From a bacterium (GTDB taxonomy: Bacteria; Patescibacteriota; Minisyncoccia; Phycocordibacterales; Phycocordibacteraceae): DNA of 64,000 nt. Below the pieces are notes generated by a model. That model ran no database searches, had not been told where the DNA came from, and saw only the letters and a list, made by a program, of their open reading frames with translations. Made by a program: the position numbers and the translations under genes. The first letter of the stretch is position 1. Every line of letters begins with the position of its first letter. This document shows positions 19,541-28,421 of this stretch, piece by piece. The stretch is from the NCBI GenBank assembly GCA_037200965.1, contig JBBCGK010000001.1:800001-864000 (forward strand), read 5' to 3'.

Positions 19541-21051
19541 CGGGGAACGAGCCGCGGATCGACTACCGCTCCCTCTTCGATCATATGATCGAGGGATGCC
19601 AGATCATCGACCCCGGTTTCCGGTATCTCTACGTGAACGAGGCGGTCGCGCGGCAGGGCAGGCACACGAAGGAAGAGCTCGTGGGGCGCACCATGATGGA
19701 AATGTACCCGGGCATCGAACGGACGGAGATGTTCTCGCATTTGCGAACCTGCATGGAGAGGCATACGCCGCAGCGCCTGGAGAACGAGTTCGTGTTTCCC
19801 GACGGAAACAAAGGATGGTTCGCGCTTCTCATAGAGCCGATACCGGAAGGCGCGTTCATCTTTTCCCTGGACATCACTGAACGCAAGCTCATCGAGCACG
19901 ACCTTGAGGACGCGAAAATAGCGGCCCGGAACATCATTGACGATCTCGCGCAGGAAAAAGAGCGGGCGCAAGGAATCGCGGAAGAACTCGAGAAGTTCAA
20001 GCTGGCGGTCGACGGGGTATCGGAACATATCGTCATCACCGACCCCGAAGGGATCATCCTGTTTGCGAACCCCGCAGCGGAACGCATCACCGGATTTACC
20101 CGAGCGGAAATCCTCGGAAAGAAATCGGGGAGCCGAGAGCTCTGGGGAGGGCTCATGGACACCGACTTCTATCGCACCCTCTGGCAGACGATAAAGGTCG
20201 AGAAGAAGACCTTCTCGGGCGAAATCAAAAACCACCGCAAAAGCGGGGAAGAATACGACGCCCACACGGTCATTTCACCTATTCTCGATGACGAAGGCGG
20301 GGTGGAGTTCTTCGTGGCCATCGAGCGGGACATCACGAAGGAGAAGGAGGTCGACAAAGCGAAGAGCGAATTCGTCTCGCTCGCCTCGCATCAGCTCCGG
20401 ACCCCGCTCACGAGCATCAACTGGTACAGCGAGATGCTCCTTGGGGACGAAGTCGCCAAGACCGCCAGGCGGCAGGATGAGTATCTGGCAAAGATCCATG
20501 CGGGAAGCCAGAGGATGGTCGTGCTCGTCGATGCGCTTCTCGACGTATCCCGCATCGAACTCGGGACGCTCCAGACCGAGCTCAAGCCGGTTTCGGTGAC
20601 CGGGCTTCTCGGGGACGTGATCGGCGAGCAGAAGCCCCAGATAGACGCCAAGCGCATCACGGTCGCCACCGATTTCCCCAAGCAGGTGCCCGTCCTTGAG
20701 ACCGATCCGAGCCGCGTCCGCATGATATTCCAAAACCTCCTTTCGAACGGGATAAAATACACTCCCTCCGGCGGACGGATCAGTATTTCGGTGTCTTTGG
20801 AGGATAGCCGCAATGTGCGGGTCGTCTTCTCCGATACCGGATACGGCATACCAAAAAAAGACCAGGACAAGATATTCACGAAAATGTTCCGCGCGGACAA
20901 TATAAAAACGAAGGGCGAGGACGGAACGGGCCTCGGACTCTATATCGTCAAATCGGTGCTTACGGCCCTTGGCGGTTCGGTCAGGTTCGAGTCCGAAGAA
21001 AACAAGGGAACGACCTTTTATGTCACGCTCCCGCTTGCGGTGCGGCAATGA
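19537..21051 (+). CDS. Sensor histidine kinase (two PAS domains, HisKA, HATPase_c)
   Basis: H-box SLASHQLRTPLTSI; N box LLSNGIKYT; G boxes DTGYGIP and GTGLGL. Confidence 0.85.
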   Translation: MTGNEPRIDYRSLFDHMIEGCQIIDPGFRYLYVNEAVARQGRHTKEELVGRTMMEMYPGIERTEMFSHLRTCMERHTPQRLENEFVFPDGNKGWFALLIEPIPEGAFIFSLDITERKLIEHDLEDAKIAARNIIDDLAQEKERAQGIAEELEKFKLAVDGVSEHIVITDPEGIILFANPAAERITGFTRAEILGKKSGSRELWGGLMDTDFYRTLWQTIKVEKKTFSGEIKNHRKSGEEYDAHTVISPILDDEGGVEFFVAIERDITKEKEVDKAKSEFVSLASHQLRTPLTSINWYSEMLLGDEVAKTARRQDEYLAKIHAGSQRMVVLVDALLDVSRIELGTLQTELKPVSVTGLLGDVIGEQKPQIDAKRITVATDFPKQVPVLETDPSRVRMIFQNLLSNGIKYTPSGGRISISVSLEDSRNVRVVFSDTGYGIPKKDQDKIFTKMFRADNIKTKGEDGTGLGLYIVKSVLTALGGSVRFESEENKGTTFYVTLPLAVRQ

Positions 21052-21112
21052 GCCTGGAAGGCATGCCACCAAGAGCCTAAGAAGGCTGCAGCAAGACCGA
21101 ATAAAAAGAAAA

Positions 21113-21132
21113 GGAGGTCATACAAGACCTCC
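21113..21132 (-). terminator. Hairpin terminator for the minus-strand gene at 21118-21564
   Basis: GGAGGTC-atacaa-GACCTCC. On the minus strand it is followed by TTTTCTTTTTATTC and overlaps that gene's stop codon. Confidence 0.4.
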
Positions 21133-21564
21133 AGTTCGCGTTAACAGCCGATTGATCGCTTCGCCCGCGCGCTCTTCGGCATCCGGATCCTCTTCTTCCA
21201 TCCGTTCGTGCTCGAGCAATGCGAGAAAGCCCCTGAACCCGCCTTCCGGGTCACCGGACGTTATGGCTTCTTTAAGCAGGTCGCCGATGTCCCCAACCGA
21301 TTCTTGTCGTCGTTTTTCGCTTTGTACCGCGAACTCGACAATATCGTCCGGGACCTCTGTTTCGCCGACGAGCTGATAGTTCTGCTCCAGATGCTGGATG
21401 GTTGGAATGAAACCTCCATTCACCTGGTAATACCCGTCAGTGCGAAATGCCGCCACAACCCACTTCTCGGCCCCGTTTTTCATGACGAAGACTTGAATAT
21501 GAACTGCCGGAACATAGAGACACCGACGTCCGGTCGCCGTCTCAATCAAGATTTGCGCACGCAT
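21118..21564 (-). CDS. Hypothetical protein
   Basis: 148-aa ORF with an acidic C-terminal tail and its own terminator. Confidence 0.5.
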   Translation of the reverse strand: MRAQILIETATGRRCLYVPAVHIQVFVMKNGAEKWVVAAFRTDGYYQVNGGFIPTIQHLEQNYQLVGETEVPDDIVEFAVQSEKRRQESVGDIGDLLKEAITSGDPEGGFRGFLALLEHERMEEEDPDAEERAGEAINRLLTRTGGLV

Positions 21565-21677
21565 GATGACGCTCCCACAGTTGCCGCCGATCGGACTGTA
21601 TCATATCTAACCCGCTTTAGGCTACCCTGATCCTATTCAAAGTATTTACCGCTCGAGAATCGTGTTACACTTTTAAT

Positions 21678-21968
21678 ATGAAAACAGCTTTGATCGCGCT
21701 TATAGCGCTCGTTATTATCGGAGGCGGCTATTATTGGTATTCTCACGCAACTACCGCCGAAACATCGTACCCTTCGGATGAAAACGGTGCGCCAGCGCAG
21801 GGCAAGCTCAATATCAATGTCGTGTGCGAAGGAGCGCTCGCATACATGACATTCCCCGACGGGGAAAGCGCACAGAAGTTCGTTGCGGAATGCAAGGCGG
21901 GAGAGCATCCGGAAGTCATCGAGCGCTACAAAGCCGAGATGCATCTCGGGGAAGGGGCGGCGATATAA
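21678..21968 (+). CDS. Small exported/anchored hypothetical protein
   Basis: N-terminal signal/TM helix (MKTALIALIALVIIGGG). Confidence 0.4.
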   Translation: MKTALIALIALVIIGGGYYWYSHATTAETSYPSDENGAPAQGKLNINVVCEGALAYMTFPDGESAQKFVAECKAGEHPEVIERYKAEMHLGEGAAI

Positions 21969-22039
21969 CCCGGTGCTATACATACGCGGCTTCTTGGGGC
22001 TGGCCGGCTAGGGTGCGATAAGCGTCCTGTCCCGGTGTT

Positions 22040-22429
22040 ATGCTTATGACCATGAGCACCGACATGCGGATAAACGTGCTCCTGCTCACGTCGTTCGTCC
22101 TCGCCCTCCTGCTTTTGTTGTGGGGCGGTTTCAAGGAGACCGAGACGATGCAGATCGTGAGTCTCGTGACGACCCTTTCCGTCACGATGGCCGGTTTCGG
22201 CATAGTGGCGTTCCAAATCGGGAAGTCATCGAACGAGCTGCGAAGCGATTTCATCGAGACCAGCACCCTGCTTCTTCTGAGCACGCTTTCCGGCTTCTTC
22301 TATCTCGTCTATCCGGACAAGACGGTCTTTTCCTTCAATTTCGGGGAGGCCAGCATATTCATATTCTTTTGGGCGTTCATCCTGTTTCTCATCATTTTAG
22401 TGGACCGGAGATTCAACCTATTAACCTAA
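22040..22429 (+). CDS. Hypothetical integral membrane protein (4 TM)
   Basis: 129 aa, four hydrophobic helices. Confidence 0.4.
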   Translation: MLMTMSTDMRINVLLLTSFVLALLLLLWGGFKETETMQIVSLVTTLSVTMAGFGIVAFQIGKSSNELRSDFIETSTLLLLSTLSGFFYLVYPDKTVFSFNFGEASIFIFFWAFILFLIILVDRRFNLLT

Positions 22430-22441
22430 TTAGCCCCAGGC

Positions 22442-22873
22442 GTGCCGCCGTATATGAAAATAAAGCCGCTGATACCTGCTCTTCTCATATCGGTTATTGC
22501 GATCGGTGCCGGGGTATACGGATACCGCTCGTCTTTGCCGCGCGTGTGGGAAACGCCCACGCCGGTGACTCCTGGAGCGACGGTATCGATTTGGGGCGAA
22601 GGGTTTAGTCCGGACGATAATACGGTCACGATAGGGCGGACCGCCATTCAAGAGTTGCCGTCTCGTCCCGCGGTATTTGGCGGCAAGGAAAGTCCGGAGT
22701 ATGCGAAAGGGTCTGTTATCAGCTTTACGGTACCGTCGTTGCCGGATGGCACCTATGCTCTTTTTGTGACAACCAGCAAAGGCAAAAGCAATACCGAATG
22801 GATAGTTATCGCGGGCGTCCCGCCGCCATCCGTGCTGCCCGGGCAATCGTCTCCGGAAATCCGCGCGGATTGA
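22442..22873 (+). CDS. Exported IPT/TIG-domain protein
   Basis: Signal peptide then ATVSIWGEGF...TVTIG...ISFTVPSLPDGTYALFVTTSKGKSN Ig-like IPT pattern. Confidence 0.5.
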   Translation: MPPYMKIKPLIPALLISVIAIGAGVYGYRSSLPRVWETPTPVTPGATVSIWGEGFSPDDNTVTIGRTAIQELPSRPAVFGGKESPEYAKGSVISFTVPSLPDGTYALFVTTSKGKSNTEWIVIAGVPPPSVLPGQSSPEIRAD

Positions 22874-23064
22874 CGGGGTCATAGCCGATAGCGCCGCGCT
22901 CGCGCTGGTTATGCCCGTGGTTTTGACGATATAAAACACGGAAGTTGAAAAGACGAGATGAATCGGCCCCTTCCGGTTGTCTTGTCCCGGACATTCTCCT
23001 CCTTGGCGCGCGAGCATCGCGCTGGCGGTTTGAGGGGATATGTGTATCGCGTATACTATCCTGC

Positions 23065-23676
23065 ATGGACGCTGTCAGCAGGGTAAACCGCGCATACTAC
23101 GATGCGCATGCCAAGAAATGGTCGGAGTCCCATAACAATTCTTTTTGGCACGAGGAAGCGTTTCGATCGTTCATGCGCTACCTGCCAGCCGGGGCGTCGG
23201 TGCTCGATATCGGCGCGGCGTCCGGCATTCATGTGCCGCTGTTTCTCGGCATGGGCCGGATGCTCAAATATTTCGGTATCGATATCAGCAGGAATTTCCT
23301 CAAAATCGCCAAGCGGCGCTATCCGCAGATGCGGTTCGCATACGGGGACATTTTAGACGCAGAGACGCTTCCAAAAAAGAAATTCGATGCGTTTTGGGCG
23401 GCTGCGGTGCTTCAGCATATTCCGCTTGCGCAGTGGCCGGAAGCGCTCTCCAATATCGAGCGCCATATGACACGCGGCGCTATCGGCTATCTTACGGTTC
23501 CGGAAGAGCGACCGAGCCCGGCCTCGGAAAAAGATCGGCGCTATTTCGAGCTGTTCGATGATAAGAAATTCCGCGCGGTACTTGTACCGAGGAAATGGCG
23601 GATACTCAAGGCAGGGGCAAGGAAAGGAAAGACCGGAGGGGTGGTATGGCGGTGGTATATCGTGAAGCTGCCGTAG
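23065..23676 (+). CDS. Class I SAM-dependent methyltransferase
   Basis: VLDIGAASGIH motif I. ATG 23065 chosen inside the ORF open from 22945. Confidence 0.7.
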   Translation: MDAVSRVNRAYYDAHAKKWSESHNNSFWHEEAFRSFMRYLPAGASVLDIGAASGIHVPLFLGMGRMLKYFGIDISRNFLKIAKRRYPQMRFAYGDILDAETLPKKKFDAFWAAAVLQHIPLAQWPEALSNIERHMTRGAIGYLTVPEERPSPASEKDRRYFELFDDKKFRAVLVPRKWRILKAGARKGKTGGVVWRWYIVKLP

Positions 23677-23712
23677 CCACACGACTGGTCGGATCCGTAC
23701 TACAATCGTAAC

Positions 23713-24273
23713 GTGATAAAAGTCTTTATCGTTCATGGATTTCAAGGAGCGCCCAATAGCGGGTGGAAGCCGTGGCTTATGGAAGAGTGCGCCAAACAAG
23801 GTATCTACGCCTGCGCGCTTTCGATGCCAAGCCCCGGCAGCCCGGTTCCTTCTGAGTGGGTCGAAGAAATCTCCCGACACGTCGATGCAAACAAAAAGGA
23901 CCCGATATACCTTATCGGACACAGCCTCGGCGCCACCGCTATCCTGCGATATCTTGAAACAACAAAAGCAAAGAATATACAGGGTGCAGTCTTTGTTTCC
24001 GCGCCTGTCTTCAAAAGCACAAAGCGAAAGGTGCAAGCTTTCCTTAAAAAACCTTTCGACTACGAAGCTATCAGAGCAAGGGTGCCGAAGATGGTCGTTA
24101 TCCATGGCGATAACGACAAGAGCGTGTCCGCGGACCAGGGAAAGACTTTGGCCAGGGAATTGGGAGCGAAACTGGTGCTTATCAAGAACGGCGGGCACCT
24201 GAACGGCTCCGCAGGCTGGCACAAGCTCCCGCAGTGCCGGGATGCTTTGCTGGGAATGATAAATGGCGGTTAG
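23713..24273 (+). CDS. RBBP9/YdeN-like alpha/beta serine hydrolase
   Basis: VFIVHGFQG, GHSLGA nucleophile elbow, C-terminal His; about 186 aa, typical of the family. Confidence 0.6.
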   Translation: MIKVFIVHGFQGAPNSGWKPWLMEECAKQGIYACALSMPSPGSPVPSEWVEEISRHVDANKKDPIYLIGHSLGATAILRYLETTKAKNIQGAVFVSAPVFKSTKRKVQAFLKKPFDYEAIRARVPKMVVIHGDNDKSVSADQGKTLARELGAKLVLIKNGGHLNGSAGWHKLPQCRDALLGMINGG

Positions 24274-24282
24274 AGGGCTTTT

Positions 24283-24984
24283 ATGCAAAAGAACATTCTC
24301 ATCACCGGCAGGCCAGGGAGCGGGAAGTCGACGCTCCTGCGGAAACTAATCGGTCGTATTCCGGCAAAGGAAGGGTTTGTCACGAACGAAATCCTTGGCG
24401 AACACGGGCGGCTAGGTTTTGAGGTAGAAACCCGTTCCGGAAGCAAGGCGGTCTTGGCGCACATCAATTTCAACACCCCGCGCAAGGTTTCCAAGTATTT
24501 CGTCGATATCGGCAGCCTCGAGTCGATGCTTCCCGCAGTTTCCGACTTCAAGGACGGCGGTATCCTTTATCTAGACGAGATCGGGCAGATGCAGCTTTTT
24601 TCGGAACGCTTCAAAGATCTGGTCTTGCGGTACCTGGACGCCCGGAATACCTGTATCGCTACCCTTTCCTCTGTATTCGAGGATGGCTTTACAGATGCCA
24701 TCAGGAAGCGGGACGACATAGTCCTGGTCGAGATTTCGGCAGCAAACAGGGAAGAGCAGGAGGTGTTTATAACTCAGCTTCTGAAGAAGATCGAAAAAGC
24801 GAGAAAGTACAGTTCCGAACCCGAGCGGTTCACCCGCACGGAATCGGGAATAGAACTGCACTCGGAGCATGGCACGAGAACGCTGGTTCATACGGAAGGA
24901 AAGTGGCACTGCGATTGCGAATTCTTCAAACGATACGGGATCTGCAGCCATGCTATAGCTGCCGGGGAATTTGCTAGGATGTAG
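24283..24984 (+). CDS. THEP1-like P-loop NTPase fused to a C-terminal SWIM-type zinc finger
   Basis: Walker A ITGRPGSGKSTLL, Walker B ILYLDEIG, C-terminal WHCDCEFFKRYGICSHAIA (CxCx(n)CxH). Confidence 0.6.
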   Translation: MQKNILITGRPGSGKSTLLRKLIGRIPAKEGFVTNEILGEHGRLGFEVETRSGSKAVLAHINFNTPRKVSKYFVDIGSLESMLPAVSDFKDGGILYLDEIGQMQLFSERFKDLVLRYLDARNTCIATLSSVFEDGFTDAIRKRDDIVLVEISAANREEQEVFITQLLKKIEKARKYSSEPERFTRTESGIELHSEHGTRTLVHTEGKWHCDCEFFKRYGICSHAIAAGEFARM

Positions 24985-24986
24985 TC

Positions 24987-25442
24987 ATGGACGCGCTCAA
25001 AAAGTTCTTGAAATCACAACGCCTTTTAGCTCTCGCCGTGCACGGTGAAAATGGACCATGGATAGCTAACGTCTATTTTGGCAGCGACGATGTGAACCGC
25101 CTCTACTTCATAAGTTCCGACACCAACATCCACAGTCTGATGATCCTGAAGGATCCGCGTGTGGCGTTCTCGACGGCATGGTTCGATCCCACAAACCACG
25201 GGGATCGAAAAGGGGTACAAGGGAAGGGTGTCTGCCGTCCGGCGAAAAACGACGAAGAAATCGCTGTGGGCGTCCGGTTGCATAACGAGAATTTCCCTGA
25301 GTTTAAGAAGAAAGTTACGACAGACTGGATCCGCACGAACGCAGGGGGCTCCACGGTCTGGGTGGTCGAGCCGAGCTATATGAAATACTGGGATGATGCG
25401 GTGTATGGAGACGACGAAAGCGAGGAATTCGCTATCGGCTAG
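24987..25442 (+). CDS. Pyridoxamine 5'-phosphate oxidase-like FMN-binding split-barrel protein
   Basis: About 150 aa with a general-stress-protein-26-like pattern; first gene of a tightly packed operon. Confidence 0.55.
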   Translation: MDALKKFLKSQRLLALAVHGENGPWIANVYFGSDDVNRLYFISSDTNIHSLMILKDPRVAFSTAWFDPTNHGDRKGVQGKGVCRPAKNDEEIAVGVRLHNENFPEFKKKVTTDWIRTNAGGSTVWVVEPSYMKYWDDAVYGDDESEEFAIG

Positions 25443-25452
25443 TACATAACGG

Positions 25453-26046
25453 ATGGAAACCGAAATAGAAGCCAAGTTCGCGGACATACATACTGAAACG
25501 CTTCGCGCCAGGCTCAAGGAGATCGGCGCGGTTCTTGAATACCCCGAAACGCTGATGCGGCGCAGGAATTTCGACTATCCCGACGGCCGTCTTAATACGA
25601 TCGGCGGGTGGATCCGCATCCGGGATGAGGGGAACAAAGTCACCTTAAGCTATAAGCAGCTTAACGACCGGACGCTCCACGGAACGAAGGAGGTGTCGGT
25701 GGACGTAAGCGATTTTGACAAGGCCGCGGATTTCCTGACTTCGATCGGGCTCGAGGCGAAATCCTATCAAGAGACGAAACGGGAGAAATGGATGTATCAA
25801 GACATGGAAATCACCATCGATACCTGGCCCTGGATTCCGCCGTTCATGGAGCTTGAAGGATCGAGCGAAGAAGCGCTTAAAGATGCCGCAGCCGCACTTG
25901 GTCTCGACTGGTCCCGCGCCATGCACGGAAGCGTTGAGACGGTATATCAGATGCACTACGATTTCCCCGAATCGGAAATCGATGCGTGGGGAAGCATCAC
26001 GTTCGTCCCGGAGCCGGACTGGCTCCTTACACGGAAGAAGGCATAG
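25453..26046 (+). CDS. CYTH-domain protein (class IV adenylyl cyclase / triphosphate tunnel metalloenzyme)
   Basis: N-terminal EIEAKF signature (ExExK) with downstream acidic/basic tunnel residues. Confidence 0.7.
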   Translation: METEIEAKFADIHTETLRARLKEIGAVLEYPETLMRRRNFDYPDGRLNTIGGWIRIRDEGNKVTLSYKQLNDRTLHGTKEVSVDVSDFDKAADFLTSIGLEAKSYQETKREKWMYQDMEITIDTWPWIPPFMELEGSSEEALKDAAAALGLDWSRAMHGSVETVYQMHYDFPESEIDAWGSITFVPEPDWLLTRKKA

Positions 26047-26062
26047 CGAGCTGATCCCCGTC

Positions 26063-26503
26063 ATGATCTATCTTGAGCGGCCGGAAGATTTCAATCCGAA
26101 ATTCGAGATCGGGAGCTGTTTTCTTAAGCGGGACGGAAAGTTCCTCCTGCTGTTGCGGCAGGATCATAAGCCGGAAGGGAATACCTGGGGCGTCCCGGCA
26201 GGGAAGATAGATGCGGGAGAGACTCCTGCGCAGGCCACAGCGAGAGAAATGGCGGAAGAAACGGGATACTCGGCAGCCCCGAAAGACCTGCGGTTTTTCA
26301 GGACAGGATATTCCCGCTTTCCCGAGTACGACTTTATCTATCACATGTTCTTCTTGAATCTGGCACGTGATCACGAAGTAGTGATTGACCCAGCTTCGCA
26401 CAAGGATTTCAGATGGGTAACCCCTGCGGAAGCGTTTGCGATGCCGCTTATCGGGGATCTCGAGGACTATATCAAGCTGTTTTACGAAGCTGATACACTT
26501 TAA
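26063..26503 (+). CDS. NUDIX hydrolase
   Basis: Nudix box GKIDAGETPAQATAREMAEETG. Confidence 0.75.
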   Translation: MIYLERPEDFNPKFEIGSCFLKRDGKFLLLLRQDHKPEGNTWGVPAGKIDAGETPAQATAREMAEETGYSAAPKDLRFFRTGYSRFPEYDFIYHMFFLNLARDHEVVIDPASHKDFRWVTPAEAFAMPLIGDLEDYIKLFYEADTL

Positions 26504-26505
26504 GG

Positions 26506-27024
26506 ATGCTCGGAGTAAAGCGAGGGACGGTAGTATTGGTTCCGCATAATCCGGAGTGGCCCCCGCTGTTCGATAAAGAGAAAAAACTACTTCTTGAAGC
26601 ATTCGGAGACAGAATAAAAGCCATAGAGCATATCGGAAGCACCGCGATTCCCGGTATGCCCGCAAAGCCGATCATAGATATCAATGTGGCCGTCAAATCG
26701 CTTGATGATATCGGTGATTTCATCCAGATACTTCCCGGGCTTGGATATGAATATATTCCGGAGAGACGTTTTGCTGACCGTCAGTTCTTTCCCAAGGGTC
26801 CGCCGGAATATAGAACCCATCATTTGAATCTCGTGGAAATAACCAGCAAGACCGGATGGATGAATGCTCTTGCATTCCGGAACTATCTGCGGAAGAATTC
26901 TTTAGCTAGGGAAGAATATCGGAAACTGAAGGAATCGTTGGCAGACCAGTATGCTGATAATCGTGAGGAGTATACCGAGCGCAAGAGCGCCTTCGTACAT
27001 GAAATACTGAAGAAAGCCCAGTGA
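26506..27024 (+). CDS. GrpB/UPF0157 family protein (nucleotidyltransferase-fold)
   Basis: VLVPHNPEWP...IEHIGSTAIPGMPAKPIIDINV typical of GrpB. Confidence 0.7.
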   Translation: MLGVKRGTVVLVPHNPEWPPLFDKEKKLLLEAFGDRIKAIEHIGSTAIPGMPAKPIIDINVAVKSLDDIGDFIQILPGLGYEYIPERRFADRQFFPKGPPEYRTHHLNLVEITSKTGWMNALAFRNYLRKNSLAREEYRKLKESLADQYADNREEYTERKSAFVHEILKKAQ

Positions 27025-27096
27025 CCGCTATCGGCAACAAAGTCCGAGTCGATAGAGTTTGTTATACTTCAACCATTAGCGGCTAAAACGATCCTT

Positions 27097-27534
27097 ATGG
27101 CGCGGACGAGCACCTATCTCAATTTCACGAACAAGAGCGAAGAGGCGTTTACTTTCTATAAATCAGTCTTCGGCGGCGAATTCACGGGAGGCATACACCG
27201 GATGGGCGATGTCCCGCCGCAGGAAGGCGTCCCGGCGCTTGCGGAGGCCGATAGGAATCTCGTAATGCATATCGAGCTCTCGATACTCGGCGGGCACGTT
27301 CTCATGGGAACCGATGCACCGGAATCGATGGGCTTCAAGCTCGTCGAGGGCAATAACGTGCACGTCAATCTCGAGCCGGATACGAAAGAAGAAGCCGAGC
27401 GACTTTTCACGGCCCTTTCGGAAGGAGGGAAAGTATCGATGCCGCTCCAAATGATGTTCTGGGGCGCGTACTTCGGGTCGTTCTCCGACAAGTACGGAAT
27501 CAACTGGATGGTGAACTATAGCTCAAAGGATTAG
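27097..27534 (+). CDS. VOC/glyoxalase-fold protein (PhnB-like)
   Basis: About 145 aa with YLNF...AFTFYKSVFGG and a C-terminal WMVN pattern typical of PhnB/3-demethylubiquinone-MT-like VOC proteins. Confidence 0.6.
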   Translation: MARTSTYLNFTNKSEEAFTFYKSVFGGEFTGGIHRMGDVPPQEGVPALAEADRNLVMHIELSILGGHVLMGTDAPESMGFKLVEGNNVHVNLEPDTKEEAERLFTALSEGGKVSMPLQMMFWGAYFGSFSDKYGINWMVNYSSKD

Positions 27535-27538
27535 CCCC

Positions 27539-28285
27539 ATGGCCAAGCCGACAACGAATGAGTTTTTCGATCTCAATAAATTTCCGAAGGAGCCTGGCAT
27601 CGTGTATTTCGCGCTCTCGATGCCGCTTCTGAATAACACTCAGAGCCCGCAGAACTGCTACGGCGCGGACGAGCACCTCATATCCAAGATTCAGGTCTCG
27701 AATGTCGGGGCGCAGGTCGTCTATACCGACAGCTTGTATCTCTACAGCGGCGAGCCCGCGATGGAACTGAAGCTCAAGCATCAGAAGCTTATCGAAGAGC
27801 ACAAGCAGGGATGGCTCAACCTCATCAAGAAGAATATTTATATCGTCCCGAGCGGCTTTACTTTCATGACCTGGAGCCAGCTTCTCCTCGACTGCCCGAA
27901 GTTCTCCTCGTACCTTGTCGAATTCCGCCGCATCTTTGAAAATGATGCGCAGCTCCGCGGGTATGTCACGCTCGATATCCAAGGAACCGGAAGGGAAGTG
28001 AATGAATACAGTATCGGCTACATGCTCGAAGAAATACTGACGGATTACCTGGTCGCCAAGGGCCACATGCGTCTCCAGAACGATTACACCAAGGACAAGG
28101 AGCAGTGGATACTCAACTGCTACCACGGAAAACCCCATCGCTCCCATATCTATCTGCACCAGCGGAATTTCTTTAAGCTCGACAATGCGAAGAACGTATA
28201 CCAGAACGCGTGGTATGACCTGGTGGCCAAAAAGCTCTACGAATTCGACCGGCTCGATATTGATACGTTCGACTTCGGGAAGTGA
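27539..28285 (+). CDS. Candidate cyclodipeptide synthase (CDPS)-family protein, NYH-like variant; function provisional
   Basis: 248 aa. Early Ser in ALSMPLLNN, Y161-x3-E165 (GYMLEE), and NCYH (Y195-H196) resembling AlbC LCYH (Y202-H203). Has a paralog at 41487-42221. Confidence is for the family assignment; the gene call itself is strong. Confidence 0.45.
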   Translation: MAKPTTNEFFDLNKFPKEPGIVYFALSMPLLNNTQSPQNCYGADEHLISKIQVSNVGAQVVYTDSLYLYSGEPAMELKLKHQKLIEEHKQGWLNLIKKNIYIVPSGFTFMTWSQLLLDCPKFSSYLVEFRRIFENDAQLRGYVTLDIQGTGREVNEYSIGYMLEEILTDYLVAKGHMRLQNDYTKDKEQWILNCYHGKPHRSHIYLHQRNFFKLDNAKNVYQNAWYDLVAKKLYEFDRLDIDTFDFGK

Positions 28286-28333
28286 GATACTCACCTCATT
28301 GCCTCTTCATTGGCATTTGATATACTAGCCTCG

Positions 28334-28385
28334 TGCCTGTGGGGCGTCAGCCCTATTTCGGCTAATACATAAGCCGAAGGCAGGC
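28334..28385 (+). ncRNA. Structured intergenic RNA element (closing helix enclosing two hairpins); nature unknown
   Basis: TGCCTG...CAGGCA closing helix around GGGC-gtca-GCCC and TTCGGCT-aatacata-AGCCGAA hairpins. Preceded by a candidate sigma70 promoter TTGCCT-16 nt-TATACT at about 28292-28319. Confidence 0.25.
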
Positions 28386-28386
28386 A

Positions 28387-28421
28387 TAGCAAAAATACCG
28401 ACATCAAGTCGGTATTTTTGC
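28387..28421 (+). terminator. Perfect 15-bp stem-loop, likely bidirectional terminator/attenuator
   Basis: AGCAAAAATACCGAC-atcaa-GTCGGTATTTTTGCT followed by ATTT. Confidence 0.45.

Noticed and set aside
19354-21072. Two long minus-strand ORFs antisense to the PAS and histidine-kinase genes
   Set aside because: The kinase H, N and G boxes are all present on the plus strand; the antisense ORFs are composition artefacts.
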